Positions 32,799 to 42,844 of a stretch of 64,000 bases of DNA are shown piece after piece. The stretch comes from an uncultured Bacteroidales bacterium (lineage in GTDB: Bacteria > Bacteroidota > Bacteroidia > Bacteroidales > Muribaculaceae). The notes below the pieces were generated by a model. That model was not told where the DNA came from. It was given only the letters and a program-made list of their open reading frames with translations, and did not search any database. Within the stretch, counting starts at the first letter, position 1; each line of letters opens with the position of its first letter. A program made the translations under genes and the position numbers. Where the stretch lies: contig CAMBDJ010000005.1 in assembly GCA_945865235.1 (NCBI GenBank), positions 13,864 to 77,863 of the forward strand, read 5' to 3'.

Positions 32799-35222
32799 TC
32801 AGGTGGTTGCCAGGGGGTCGTCGGGCCAGCGGTGCTTGGGGTATCGGCAGCGCAGTTCCTTGCGTATCTCGAAGTATGTGCCGCGCCAGAAGCCTTCCAT
32901 GTCCTGCGTGAGCTGCACCGGCTTAAATCCCGGCGACAGCAGCTCCATCAGCACGGGGCGGGTTCCATCGTCAAGGCGCGGCGTCTCCAGCATCCCGAAG
33001 CAATCCTGTATGCGGGCGCTGACCACGGGAGTCTCGGCACCGCGACGATAGTCTATCCGTGCGTTACGTCCGCAGGGAAGCTTTATATGCGTCGGCGCAA
33101 TACGGTCCAGGGCCATCTGTATGTCGTAGCTCAGCAGTCCGGTAATAACCGCGCACATGTCTATCTTGCGCAGCTCCGACGCTGTTGTGGCCTTGCCTAT
33201 GTACATCGGTAGCCATTCGGGCGTGGCGGCAAGAACCGCTTCGGTGCTTACATCGGGAATGTCAAGCTCCGGATGCCATGCGGCGACAGTGGCGATGCGC
33301 AGCTGCAGACGCTGCACGTCGCCGTCAAAATCGAACATCGTCAGTCCCTCCTTGGGCGCGGCACGGGATATGGCGTCGACTATCAGCTGACGCTGCTCGC
33401 CCGATGCCGGACGTGTGGCGAGTGTCAGCGCCCCTACGCGCAGCTCCTCCCGCGCGATGGCACGCCCCGAGCGGCTGTCCCAGCTCACGTTCTCGCACCA
33501 TTGGCCGTGTGCGCAAGCGTCAGCCTCCGCCAGCGGTGCCGCGAGAAAAATTCGGCGGTTCACGGACGCCACCGCCAAATATTCGTTTTGCGAGAGCAGG
33601 TCGCCCTCGTCTAATGTCACATATTCGCCTCCCGAAAGGCGATAACGGCCGTCATCGCAATGCTGCGCAATCCGCTCCGGGTAGGCGAGGGCAATAAGCC
33701 GCCCCGTGTCCTCGGCGGGAAATGCACTATTGTCCTCCCGCGCGCCGACAAGCCGTCGGTACTGTGTCGCGATATTGTCAATGCGCTGCCAGCGACCGGA
33801 TATACGGCCCCGCCGATATTGCCGCAACAGCGCTATGCGGGTGTTTATGTCGGCATCGCTGCTGTCATTCATAGGGTCCTTTTCCTCCAGCATAGCCGCA
33901 ATGTCTGCGGCAAGCGCAGCACGCGACCCGGCGGCAGAGAGCATGCTGGCGATACGGGGATGGCATGGCAACTGCGCCAGCCTGCGGCCATGCGCCGTGA
34001 TGCGGCCGTTGCCGTCGACAGCACCGAGTGCCGCCAACAGCCGGCGCCCCTGCGAGACATGTCCTGCCGGAGGCGGTGTCACCCACGGAAGTCGCGAGGG
34101 GTCGGCCTCGCCCCATGCCGCCGTCTCAAGTACCATGGACGACAGGTCGGCAGTCAGAACCTCCGGCTCGCGGCACTCAGCCATACGGAGTTCCGAGGCC
34201 TTGGTCCACAGCCGATAACAGGTGCCGCGACACAGGCGCCCCGCACGGCCCGCACGCTGTATGGCCATATCCAGTGATATGCGTACTGTGGCAAGATGAC
34301 TCAGGCCGCCGGACGGGTCGAACACCAATGTCCGGCACAATCCCGAGTCCACCACAGTGGTTATGCCCTCTATCGTCAGCGAAGTCTCGGCTATCGGCGT
34401 GGCAAGCACCACGCGCCGTGTCCCCGACGGAGGCGGTGTCAGCACCCGCTGCTGTTGCTCGGGTGGAAGCATGCCGTACAGTGGCAGTATCTCCGTTGCG
34501 CCAAGGCTGTCCGACAACAGCTCCGCGCACTTCTGTATCTCGCCCTGACCGGGCAGGAAGGCAAGGATATTGCCCGGCTGCTCGCGGTGCGCACGCCGAA
34601 CGGCGCGCGCCACCTCCGCGGCGCAGTCGCGCACGTCAAAATCCTCGCAATGAACGATATCCACGTCGAACATGCGCCCGGGACTGTGCAAGTGGCGCGC
34701 ATCCATACTGCTGCACAGAGCCTCGGCGTCTATCGTTGCCGACATCACTATTATCCGCAGGTCCGGGCGTATAACGCTCTGAGCCTCAAGCGTCAGCGCA
34801 AGGGCCAGGTCCGATGCCAGGCTCCGCTCATGGTACTCGTCGAAAATCACGGCGGCAACGCCGTCCAGCGTGGGGTCCTCCACCAGCATGCGTTCCAAAA
34901 TACCCTCCGTAAGCACCTCTATGCGCGTCGCCGCAGACACCCGCGACTCAAAGCGCACGCGGTAGCCTACAGTGCCGCCCACAGCCTCGCCCAGCATTGA
35001 CGCCATGCGCGTCGCCACCTGCCGCACGGCAAGGCGCCGCGGCTCAAGCATCAGTATCCGCCCCTCGGGCAGGGACTCCAGAAGCACCAACGGCAACAGC
35101 GTGGATTTTCCCGCGCCCGGCGGTGCCGTCACCAGTATCCGAGGCACCTCCGCGAGCACGGACAGCATCTCATCCGCAATTGCCGATACCGGCAGCAATT
35201 TATATTTTTCACTTATTTTCAT
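32799..35222 (-). CDS. hrpB: ATP-dependent helicase HrpB
   Basis: APPGAGKST, DEYHER, MSAT, QRAGRAGR, and the HrpB C-terminus (LLSPGFKPVQLTQD...YPKHRWP). Confidence 0.95.
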   Translation of the reverse strand: MKISEKYKLLPVSAIADEMLSVLAEVPRILVTAPPGAGKSTLLPLVLLESLPEGRILMLEPRRLAVRQVATRMASMLGEAVGGTVGYRVRFESRVSAATRIEVLTEGILERMLVEDPTLDGVAAVIFDEYHERSLASDLALALTLEAQSVIRPDLRIIVMSATIDAEALCSSMDARHLHSPGRMFDVDIVHCEDFDVRDCAAEVARAVRRAHREQPGNILAFLPGQGEIQKCAELLSDSLGATEILPLYGMLPPEQQQRVLTPPPSGTRRVVLATPIAETSLTIEGITTVVDSGLCRTLVFDPSGGLSHLATVRISLDMAIQRAGRAGRLCRGTCYRLWTKASELRMAECREPEVLTADLSSMVLETAAWGEADPSRLPWVTPPPAGHVSQGRRLLAALGAVDGNGRITAHGRRLAQLPCHPRIASMLSAAGSRAALAADIAAMLEEKDPMNDSSDADINTRIALLRQYRRGRISGRWQRIDNIATQYRRLVGAREDNSAFPAEDTGRLIALAYPERIAQHCDDGRYRLSGGEYVTLDEGDLLSQNEYLAVASVNRRIFLAAPLAEADACAHGQWCENVSWDSRSGRAIAREELRVGALTLATRPASGEQRQLIVDAISRAAPKEGLTMFDFDGDVQRLQLRIATVAAWHPELDIPDVSTEAVLAATPEWLPMYIGKATTASELRKIDMCAVITGLLSYDIQMALDRIAPTHIKLPCGRNARIDYRRGAETPVVSARIQDCFGMLETPRLDDGTRPVLMELLSPGFKPVQLTQDMEGFWRGTYFEIRKELRCRYPKHRWPDDPLATT

Positions 35223-35299
35223 GATAATTCCGTACGCAATAGTTGTTTATCATGTAAGTAGTTGTTAAAATTCAAACGAAATTACCTAATTTTGCATTA

Positions 35300-36058
35300 A
35301 TGATGAAAAAGATAGTAATAATGGGCGCGACATCGGGCATTGGCCTGAAAGTCGCCGAGACACTCGCCTCTGCCGGGATGAAAGTCGGCCTTGCCGGGCG
35401 CAAGACCGATGTGTTGCGTACGCTGCATGAGCGCTTCCCGGACAACACAGAATACGAGACCGTGGACATTACCCGCAACGACGCCACCATGCACCTGCGC
35501 AATCTTATAGACCGCCTCGGGGGCATGGACTGCTACCTGCACGTGTCGGGTGTGGGCTTTGAGAACATGGACCTTGACCCAGACAAGGAACTCAGGACAC
35601 TGGAAACCAACGTGCTCGGGTTCGCACGAATGGTGGGCTACGCGTTCCGCTATTTCCGCGACGAATGCTCCGGGAAAGGGCACATCGCCGCCGTTACTTC
35701 CGTAGCCGGCACCAACGGCATAGGCCGTCTGGCCGCCTACTCGTCCTCCAAGTGCTTCGACCAGTGCTATCTGCGCGCGCTGAGGCAGCTCGCCGTGGTC
35801 AAGAAACTCGGCATCCGCTTCACAGACATCCGTCCGGGATGGGTGCGCACACCGCTGCTGGACGAAAAAGGCTCGTATCCCATGACCATGCAGGCCGACT
35901 ATGTGGCATTGCGCATAATCCGCGCCATACTGCATAAACGCCGCGTATGCGTGATAGACTGGCGTTGGAACTTAGTCGTGGGCCTGTGGAGGCTTATCCC
36001 CAACTGCATCTGGGAGCGCATACCCGTCTCAGTGAGCTCTATTTCCTCGCAGCACTGA
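35300..36058 (+). CDS. Short-chain dehydrogenase/reductase (SDR)
   Basis: GATSGIG Rossmann motif and YSSSK catalytic motif. A TAATTTTG element lies at 35287-35294. Confidence 0.92.
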   Translation: MMKKIVIMGATSGIGLKVAETLASAGMKVGLAGRKTDVLRTLHERFPDNTEYETVDITRNDATMHLRNLIDRLGGMDCYLHVSGVGFENMDLDPDKELRTLETNVLGFARMVGYAFRYFRDECSGKGHIAAVTSVAGTNGIGRLAAYSSSKCFDQCYLRALRQLAVVKKLGIRFTDIRPGWVRTPLLDEKGSYPMTMQADYVALRIIRAILHKRRVCVIDWRWNLVVGLWRLIPNCIWERIPVSVSSISSQH

Positions 36059-36899
36059 CGTCGCCATGCAATAATTCGGGGCGGAACTCAAAGTGCATGG
36101 TGTCAAAATGATACCATGCGCCGCCCCATATAAAGCCGTGGCGGCGAAATATCTCCACCACCTCGGCCGGCATGCGGTTCAAATACTTTATGCGGTCGGT
36201 CTCGGCGGCTCGCGGATAACGCCATTTCCAGTAATCGGAGTACTCCGTGCCTATGTCTATGGCAATTCCGTAGCTATGCGCGCTAAGGCGCTGTGCGCCA
36301 CGCACCTTGCGCCAGTAAAACGTCCCGGCCGACTTAAGATACTTGGCTAATTCGGGGCTCGTGCGCAACTCTGCGGCCACATTGCGCAGACTGTCGGCGG
36401 CACCGTTCACAGACATAAACCGCAGGCGTTGGCCAAACCAGTCCACGCTCACCAAATTCCGCTCCACAGCGGCGGCCGAGGCTCCGTACATCTTCTTGAA
36501 CAGTGCCTCGCAACGCCCGCGTCCGGGGTCGGCAAGGTACCCGGGGGTCTCACCGGTTGACGGATAAGCTGTTGCGAACATATCCTGCGGGTCGGTATCG
36601 TCCAGCATCGCGGCAAAATCCTTGTCGCGGCCATCATCCCACTGCAGGCGGCTGCCGTCGGGAAACAGCAGATTCTCGCCGTCGAATCCGGTTATGAAAT
36701 CCGGATATGCGGCCATCAGCGCCTTCACGCCGTGCGGTACAGGCTCCGCGCGGGGGTCAGCATCGGTTTCTTCCTCAGCCACCTCCTCCACGCACTCCGT
36801 ATCGCACTCCGTACGCTCGGCATCATTATTTCTGCTGCCCGTGGCGCTGCAGGCTATGCAGGCTACGGGCAGCAGTACTGTCAGTAATTTAATCCTCAT
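36039..36899 (-). CDS. M15 family metallopeptidase (D,D-carboxypeptidase/endolysin-like), lipoprotein
   Basis: Lipobox-like ACIAC; SAHSYGIAID (SxHxxxxAxD); YHFDTMHFE. Confidence 0.88.
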   Translation of the reverse strand: MRIKLLTVLLPVACIACSATGSRNNDAERTECDTECVEEVAEEETDADPRAEPVPHGVKALMAAYPDFITGFDGENLLFPDGSRLQWDDGRDKDFAAMLDDTDPQDMFATAYPSTGETPGYLADPGRGRCEALFKKMYGASAAAVERNLVSVDWFGQRLRFMSVNGAADSLRNVAAELRTSPELAKYLKSAGTFYWRKVRGAQRLSAHSYGIAIDIGTEYSDYWKWRYPRAAETDRIKYLNRMPAEVVEIFRRHGFIWGGAWYHFDTMHFEFRPELLHGDVSAARK

Positions 36900-38824
36900 T
36901 TCTCGTATTTGGCGATAAGTGCGGCATTAGCCGTCTCGGTTGCGCTGAGCGACTTTGCCGGAATGTCATAACCGACAGGCTTATACCAGCTGAACTGACG
37001 GAAATACTTGTCCAGGTCGGCGCTGCGGAATTTGCGGCCATGCACGGCGTAGATGGTGTTACGCATCAGGCGCAGTTCCTTCTTGCTCTTTCCCTGAAGG
37101 TCGGCGGCAGTGAGGCGGCGGTTGCAGACCATACTGCGATAGTCTGAGCCTGCAGCGGGAGCTTCGGCTACTTCCACTTCCTCTACCTGAGCTTCTTCCT
37201 CAACTTCTTCCTCAACTTCTTCTTCCACGACCTCTTCTACTACAGTTCCCGCTGCGGGGAAAATGTCCACTGAGCACGATTTTTCGGAGCAGCTGACCTC
37301 TATGCGGCAATCGTCCGAGGTATAGGTTGTCTTTAACGCGCCATATTCCTCAAGTGTAGGACCGGCCTTGAATTTCTTGGAAGTCAGATACTTGGCAATA
37401 GCCTCATTGCCGCGTTTGCCCCATTCCTTATCGGTGGAGACGTTTATGCGCAGACCGGAGAGCTCGGCTGAGGGATCCCACTCGTATTCACCCATGCCAT
37501 ACGCGTATGCGGCAGCCTGAGTATTGTATACCTGAGCCATGCTTATGCTATAGCCGGTTCCGCTAACTCTGTCCATATCAATAGAGTAGCTACAGTCCAT
37601 GTAGCTCGGCTGACGACCGCCGTTGACATCCTCGGCGCTTGTTCCGAAGGGATGGTTCTTCAGGAACTCCTCGGCGGGCTGCATCATTGCGGTAACGATG
37701 CTGTTGGCATCAAAGAAGTCCGATTCCACATAGGCAGAACTTGATTCGGCAAGGTTTATGTCCGAAAATTCTTCCTTGCAGGTAGACTTGCCTTCGCGGT
37801 CAACAAGAACATACGAGCCTCCGTCACGAGCCAAAAGTCCGAATTTGTAAAGGTTGTACACACGTTTGTAGTCAAATTTGGCAACGGTTTCGCCCGTGGC
37901 ATTTACAATCTCGGTTTCATCGTCATTGCTCTTATGTGCCAGGAACAGGTCCTCGTCAAGGAACTCCACGCTGCTGTATTTGGCGCGGACGAGTATCTCG
38001 CCCTCGAAATTCATCACGCCTTTATCATCTCCGTCGCTGAAGATGATATACTTGGCGTTGTAGCCGTACACGCCCTTTACCTTTGCGGGTAATTTTGTCA
38101 CTTCGCCCTTTTTGTCCAGCATGATATAGCGGCTGTCATTGTTAACCAGCAGATAGCCAAAATGGTATTGCAGATCATCCACACCGTATGAATCCTTCAG
38201 CTTAAACTGTACCTCACCGGATTTGTCTATCACTGAATATTTTACATTGCCGTCGTCGGTTTTCTTTCCCACCACGGCAAGACCCTCGCGGAATGCTGAT
38301 AATCTGTCGTATTCGGGTTTGATGACCATCTTGCCATCCGTGTCCACATATCCGCCTTTACCGTCGGCGAGTTGCACGCCCAGTAACCCATCCGTATAAG
38401 CAGGGAAACATGCTGTAATTTCCTGACCGGAATAGGGGTCCAGTGTGAATTTTTTCTCGCCGGAGTCATCCATAACCGTTATACGCTCCTCGGGGAAAGT
38501 GACGGGAATACGTCCGTCGGCCATGACGCCGGCATTTTTCAGACCCTCACACTTACCAAATATCTCGGGGCTCTTTCCGCCGTTGCGGTAAAGGGTATAA
38601 CCATCGCTTTCCTTTACAGTAAAAACACCGTTGACACTTGCTGTGGGAGGCTCCTTAAACTCGTCCTCGTACACGATATTGCCATCTGCGTCAACCATAC
38701 TCCAGTTTGTGGAACCGCTGAGTTTCACCGGAATCAGATCAACATTTTCAAACGGTTCTGTGCCCGAATTGGAACACGACGTCAGCGCTAATGCCGCCAA
38801 ACCGCATAAAATCTTTTTTTTCAT
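36896..38824 (-). CDS. Lipoprotein with WG-like repeats, Glu/Val-rich linker and C-terminal YARHG domain
   Basis: LTS/C lipobox; GYVDTDGKMVIKPEYD...FREGLAVV repeats; LRLMRNTIYAVHGRKF...YFRQFSWY. Confidence 0.88.
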   Translation of the reverse strand: MKKKILCGLAALALTSCSNSGTEPFENVDLIPVKLSGSTNWSMVDADGNIVYEDEFKEPPTASVNGVFTVKESDGYTLYRNGGKSPEIFGKCEGLKNAGVMADGRIPVTFPEERITVMDDSGEKKFTLDPYSGQEITACFPAYTDGLLGVQLADGKGGYVDTDGKMVIKPEYDRLSAFREGLAVVGKKTDDGNVKYSVIDKSGEVQFKLKDSYGVDDLQYHFGYLLVNNDSRYIMLDKKGEVTKLPAKVKGVYGYNAKYIIFSDGDDKGVMNFEGEILVRAKYSSVEFLDEDLFLAHKSNDDETEIVNATGETVAKFDYKRVYNLYKFGLLARDGGSYVLVDREGKSTCKEEFSDINLAESSSAYVESDFFDANSIVTAMMQPAEEFLKNHPFGTSAEDVNGGRQPSYMDCSYSIDMDRVSGTGYSISMAQVYNTQAAAYAYGMGEYEWDPSAELSGLRINVSTDKEWGKRGNEAIAKYLTSKKFKAGPTLEEYGALKTTYTSDDCRIEVSCSEKSCSVDIFPAAGTVVEEVVEEEVEEEVEEEAQVEEVEVAEAPAAGSDYRSMVCNRRLTAADLQGKSKKELRLMRNTIYAVHGRKFRSADLDKYFRQFSWYKPVGYDIPAKSLSATETANAALIAKYEK

Positions 38825-39133
38825 CAGGTATAAGTTATATTATATTAGATTATATTCCTGCGCTAAGTTAAGGAATAATAGCCACACTGCCAAATATTTG
38901 AGACGAATTTACGTCCATACCCGCCATTCTGCCACACCGGCTTCCGGGAGTTATTTCAAGATTATCCATCTACCTTTTGTCAAAACAAGTCAAGATTGTA
39001 CTTTGGCAGATGTTTGTTTTGGTTAAAAATGGGGGATGGTGACATAATTGGCAAGATGCTTTTGGGGGATAGCGTCAGAATTATTATCTTTGCCCTCGAA
39101 AACAAATTCGAATATGATTTTCAAGAGGAAACT

Positions 39134-39205
39134 GAAAAATGTGGCCTTTACGCCGTATCTGTCCAGAATATCCAGGACGTCAGGGATGACTTCGGGAATC
39201 GGGCC
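39134..39205 (-). pseudogene. 24-codon relic of a NodB-type polysaccharide deacetylase
   Basis: GPIPEVIPDVLDILDRYGVKATFF matches the DDGP...LDIL...VKATFF motif region; flanking sequence shows no further similarity. Confidence 0.65.
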
Positions 39206-39467
39206 TGATCTGCGATAAATTCTCATCACGGGTAAATAAGCGTTACCTTATCTATACAAAAGATTTGTGTAAAGAAGAAAGTATAACCTATCTTCCGGCT
39301 TATATGACACTTTTCCTGTGATTTTTTATTGTATCCCACAATGTGGACAATTATTTAATAGTTGTGTATTACGCTGCCACAGAGGCATCCGGGCAGAACT
39401 TTTACGCACACAGAGGCGTTATACAGATAGTCAAAATACTTAACTGAACAATTTAACACATACTGTT

Positions 39468-39785
39468 ATGAACGAATTTGAAAAATTGATAAATGACAGC
39501 AAGCCCACACTTGTGGACTTTTTTGCCACCTGGTGCGGTCCCTGCAAAATGCAGGCACCAATCCTGGAGGACGTTAAAAAGCGCGTAGGCAACGAGGCAA
39601 ATGTAATAAAAGTAGACATAGACCGCAACAGCGCCCTCGCCGCCCAATATCGCGTACAGTCTGTCCCCACCCTTATTCTCTTTAAAAACGGAGAACCCGT
39701 ATGGCGCACCGTAGGGCTTCAGCAGGCCGACACTCTTGAGGCAAAATTGCGCGAGCATATCGCCACTAAAACCGACGAACAGTAG
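39468..39785 (+). CDS. trxA: Thioredoxin
   Basis: WCGPC active site and the cis-Pro motif SVPT. Confidence 0.95.
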   Translation: MNEFEKLINDSKPTLVDFFATWCGPCKMQAPILEDVKKRVGNEANVIKVDIDRNSALAAQYRVQSVPTLILFKNGEPVWRTVGLQQADTLEAKLREHIATKTDEQ

Positions 39786-39809
39786 GCCAAGGCATAATTT
39801 CCTTCTGCC

Positions 39810-40118
39810 ATGGATAACTTTGACAATGTATTCAGCCAGGTAATTAACGCCGACATGCCGGCACTGATAATGTTCTACAAGCCCGGCGACCCCCGCTGCG
39901 AGGAGGAGGCTCCACGCATGCACCAGGCCGCAAAGGACCTTGAGGGATATGCCCATTTTATGGAAGTGAACTGCGAGACGCACCCCGAGCTGAAAGCCCG
40001 GTACCATATCCACGCCTATCCCACCTTCGCCGTTTTCCGCGACGGGCAGGAGACGTGGCGCGCCGAAGGACGCATTCCTAAATATGAACTGGAGTCTATG
40101 CTGAGGCGATTCAGATAG
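39810..40118 (+). CDS. Atypical thioredoxin-fold protein lacking CxxC
   Basis: Trx-like layout and YPT motif, but GDPRC replaces WCGPC. Confidence 0.8.
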   Translation: MDNFDNVFSQVINADMPALIMFYKPGDPRCEEEAPRMHQAAKDLEGYAHFMEVNCETHPELKARYHIHAYPTFAVFRDGQETWRAEGRIPKYELESMLRRFR

Positions 40119-40157
40119 GACATCCCAACCACTTATCGTCTATATATTCCTCCCGGT

Positions 40158-40181
40158 CGGGGCGCCTTAATCGGTGCCCCG
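40158..40181. terminator. Bidirectional terminator between convergent genes
   Basis: CGGGGCGCC-TTAATC-GGTGCCCCG. Confidence 0.65.
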
Positions 40182-40187
40182 TCCCTT

Positions 40188-41366
40188 TTAGACCCCGTTC
40201 AGCAGCAACCGCGAAATAAACGGCGTGGTGTACTGATACGGAATCTGCGACAGAGACTCCAGCGGCTTTGTCAGGATGATATTGGCCTTGCAGCCGGGAC
40301 GTATGGCGCCCACATCCTCAAGGCCCATGGCTGCGGCACCGGTCTCGGTGACTGCCGTAACGGCTTGACGGGGCGTGAGTTTCATCTTTATACATGCCAG
40401 GGCCCATATAAAGCGCATGTCTCCGGATGGCGACGAGCCGGGGTTATAGTCCGACGCCAGCGCCACACGGCATCCCATCTCCAACGCTTTTTTGGCGGGG
40501 GCGTATGGCATGCCCAGGAAGAAGGACGCTCCGGGGAGCATGGTGGCCACAGTACGCGATTCGGCAAGGATACGCAGCTGCTCTTCTTCGGCACGCTCCA
40601 GGTGGTCCACAGACAGTGCGTCGTATTTCACTCCTACCTCCACTCCGCCGCTCACAGCCAGCTCGTTGGCATGAATCTTGGGACGCATGCCATACCGCAC
40701 ACCGGCCTCGAGAATCTGTGCCGTCTGAGCAGGCGTAAAGAAGCCCTCGTCGCAGAACACGTCCACAAAATCGGCGAGGCCCTCGGCCGCCACTGCGGGT
40801 ATCATGTCACGGACCACATGGTCCACATACTCCTGCTGTCGGCCCACATACGCACGGCCCACGGCATGAGCGCCAAGGAATGTGGCGCGCACCGTCATGG
40901 GCGATGCCTCGGCTATGCGCGCTATCACACGCAGCATCTTCAGCTCGTCCGGCAACGTGAGTCCGTAGCCGCTCTTTATCTCTATGGCTCCGGTGCCCTT
41001 GCGCATCACCTCGTCGGCACGGCACATCGCCTGCCTGAACAGAGAATCCTCCGATGTCTCATGCAATACGTCGGCACTGTTGAGGATGCCGCCGCCACGG
41101 CGCGCTATCTCCTCATAGCTCAGGCCGTTAATCTTGTCCAGGAACTCGCCGTGTCGCGACCCGGCATACACTATGTGGGTATGGGAATCAACGAAAGACG
41201 GGATGGCGAAACCGCCGGCAGCGTCAATATCATCCTCACCGGCGATAAATTCGCCGAGGGCCTCCATTGTCCCGGTCTCAATTATGGTGCCACGGGTGGT
41301 GTCGACGCGGATATAGGCATTGGTCATATCCGCGCCGACAATCTCTTTTATGTTATATATCAGCAT
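40188..41366 (-). CDS. hutI: Imidazolonepropionase
   Basis: DSHTH metal motif, EIKSGYGL, DVFCDEGFF, SVDHLE, SDYNPGSSP. Confidence 0.95.
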   Translation of the reverse strand: MLIYNIKEIVGADMTNAYIRVDTTRGTIIETGTMEALGEFIAGEDDIDAAGGFAIPSFVDSHTHIVYAGSRHGEFLDKINGLSYEEIARRGGGILNSADVLHETSEDSLFRQAMCRADEVMRKGTGAIEIKSGYGLTLPDELKMLRVIARIAEASPMTVRATFLGAHAVGRAYVGRQQEYVDHVVRDMIPAVAAEGLADFVDVFCDEGFFTPAQTAQILEAGVRYGMRPKIHANELAVSGGVEVGVKYDALSVDHLERAEEEQLRILAESRTVATMLPGASFFLGMPYAPAKKALEMGCRVALASDYNPGSSPSGDMRFIWALACIKMKLTPRQAVTAVTETGAAAMGLEDVGAIRPGCKANIILTKPLESLSQIPYQYTTPFISRLLLNGV

Positions 41367-42844
41367 GTTGCGCTATCCAGATATTTCACAGACGCCTCTA
41401 TCAGCGGATACATCACAATGTCATTCTCTACAAACGGCACAACGCGTCGGTACTCGGCGTGCATGTCCTCCAGGGCCGGAGAAGACTTTAGGGGACGTCG
41501 CAAATCCAATGCCTGCGCGGCGTTAAGCAGCTCTATGGCCAGGACGCGATGCGTGTTGTCAATGATTCTCACCAACTTGGTAGCCGAGTTGGCACCCATG
41601 GACACGTGGTCCTCCTGGCCCTGCGACGACGGGATGCTGTCGCAGCTTGTGGGCCAGCACAGTCCTTTTGACTGATTAACCACCGACGCCGCGGCGTACT
41701 GCGGTATCATAAAACCGCTGTTGAGGCCCGGGTTGGCGACAAGGAACGAGGGCAGCCCGCGCACACCGCTTATCAGGCGAAATATGCGGCGCTCGGAGAT
41801 ATTTGCCAGCTCAGACACCGCCACGGCAAGATAATCCATGGGGATAGCTATGGGCTCACCGTGGAAGTTTCCGGCGGAGATTATCACGTCCTCGTCGGGG
41901 AAAATGGTCGGGTTGTCCGTAACGGAATTAATCTCGGTCTCTATCACGTTGCCCACGTGGCATATAGCGTCCCATACTGCGCCGTGTACCTGCGGGATGC
42001 AGCGGAACGAGTACGGGTCCTGTACGTACGGTTTGGGCAATGCCTGCAACTCGCTGCCTTCCAGCCAGTCGCGTACCTCGGTGGCAGTGCGTATCTGTCC
42101 GGCATGGGGGCGCACTCGCTGGATGGAGGCGTTGAACGGGTCGCTCAGACCCTCGAAAACATCCAGGCTAAGAGCACCGATCTTATTGGCAAGGTGATAC
42201 AGGCGGCGGGCCTTGATAACGGAATAAGTGGCATGGGCGCTCATAAACTGTGTGCCGTTCAACAGGGCCAGGCCCTCTTTTGACATCAGCTTCACCGGCT
42301 CCAGGCCATTCTCGGCCAGGACCTCGCCGGCGGGACGGCGCTCGCCCTTGTACCACACCTCGCCAAGACCTATCAGCGGCAGACACATATTGGCAAGCGG
42401 GGCAAGGTCGCCACTGGCACCGAGGGAGCCCTGCGAATACACCACCGGGATTATATCCAGGTTGAAGAAGTCTATAAGTCGCTGTACCGTACACACTTGC
42501 GCTCCGGAATTACCATAGCTCAGCGACTGCACCTTCAGCAGCAACATCAGGCGTACTATCTTACGGTCCACAATCTCGCCCACGCCACAGGCATGACTCT
42601 TCATCAGATTCTCCTGGAGAGTGGTGAGGTCGTCGGCACCAACAGTGACATTGCACAAGGAGCCGAATCCGGTGGTTACACCGTACACGGGACGTTCGCT
42701 GGCAGCAATTTTCTCATCGAGATAACGCCTGCAACTGTCTATCAGCTCCTTGGAGCGCTCGGAAAGCTCAAGTTTCAGCCCTCCGTCCATAATTTCGCTG
42801 ACACGCTCAATGGTCAGCCTGTCGGGTGTTATATAATGTGTCAT
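41360..42844 (-). CDS. hutH: Histidine ammonia-lyase
   Basis: YGVTTGFG, MIO-forming GASGDLAPL, QDPYSFRC, QEDHVSMG. Confidence 0.97.
   Translation of the reverse strand: MTHYITPDRLTIERVSEIMDGGLKLELSERSKELIDSCRRYLDEKIAASERPVYGVTTGFGSLCNVTVGADDLTTLQENLMKSHACGVGEIVDRKIVRLMLLLKVQSLSYGNSGAQVCTVQRLIDFFNLDIIPVVYSQGSLGASGDLAPLANMCLPLIGLGEVWYKGERRPAGEVLAENGLEPVKLMSKEGLALLNGTQFMSAHATYSVIKARRLYHLANKIGALSLDVFEGLSDPFNASIQRVRPHAGQIRTATEVRDWLEGSELQALPKPYVQDPYSFRCIPQVHGAVWDAICHVGNVIETEINSVTDNPTIFPDEDVIISAGNFHGEPIAIPMDYLAVAVSELANISERRIFRLISGVRGLPSFLVANPGLNSGFMIPQYAAASVVNQSKGLCWPTSCDSIPSSQGQEDHVSMGANSATKLVRIIDNTHRVLAIELLNAAQALDLRRPLKSSPALEDMHAEYRRVVPFVENDIVMYPLIEASVKYLDSATC

Noticed and set aside
40188-40200. 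TTAGACCCCGTTC at the hutI stop matches the MITE end
   Set aside because: Only 13 nt, and it encodes the natural end of HutI (LNGV*), with no rest of the TIR or second flank. Chance cannot be excluded.
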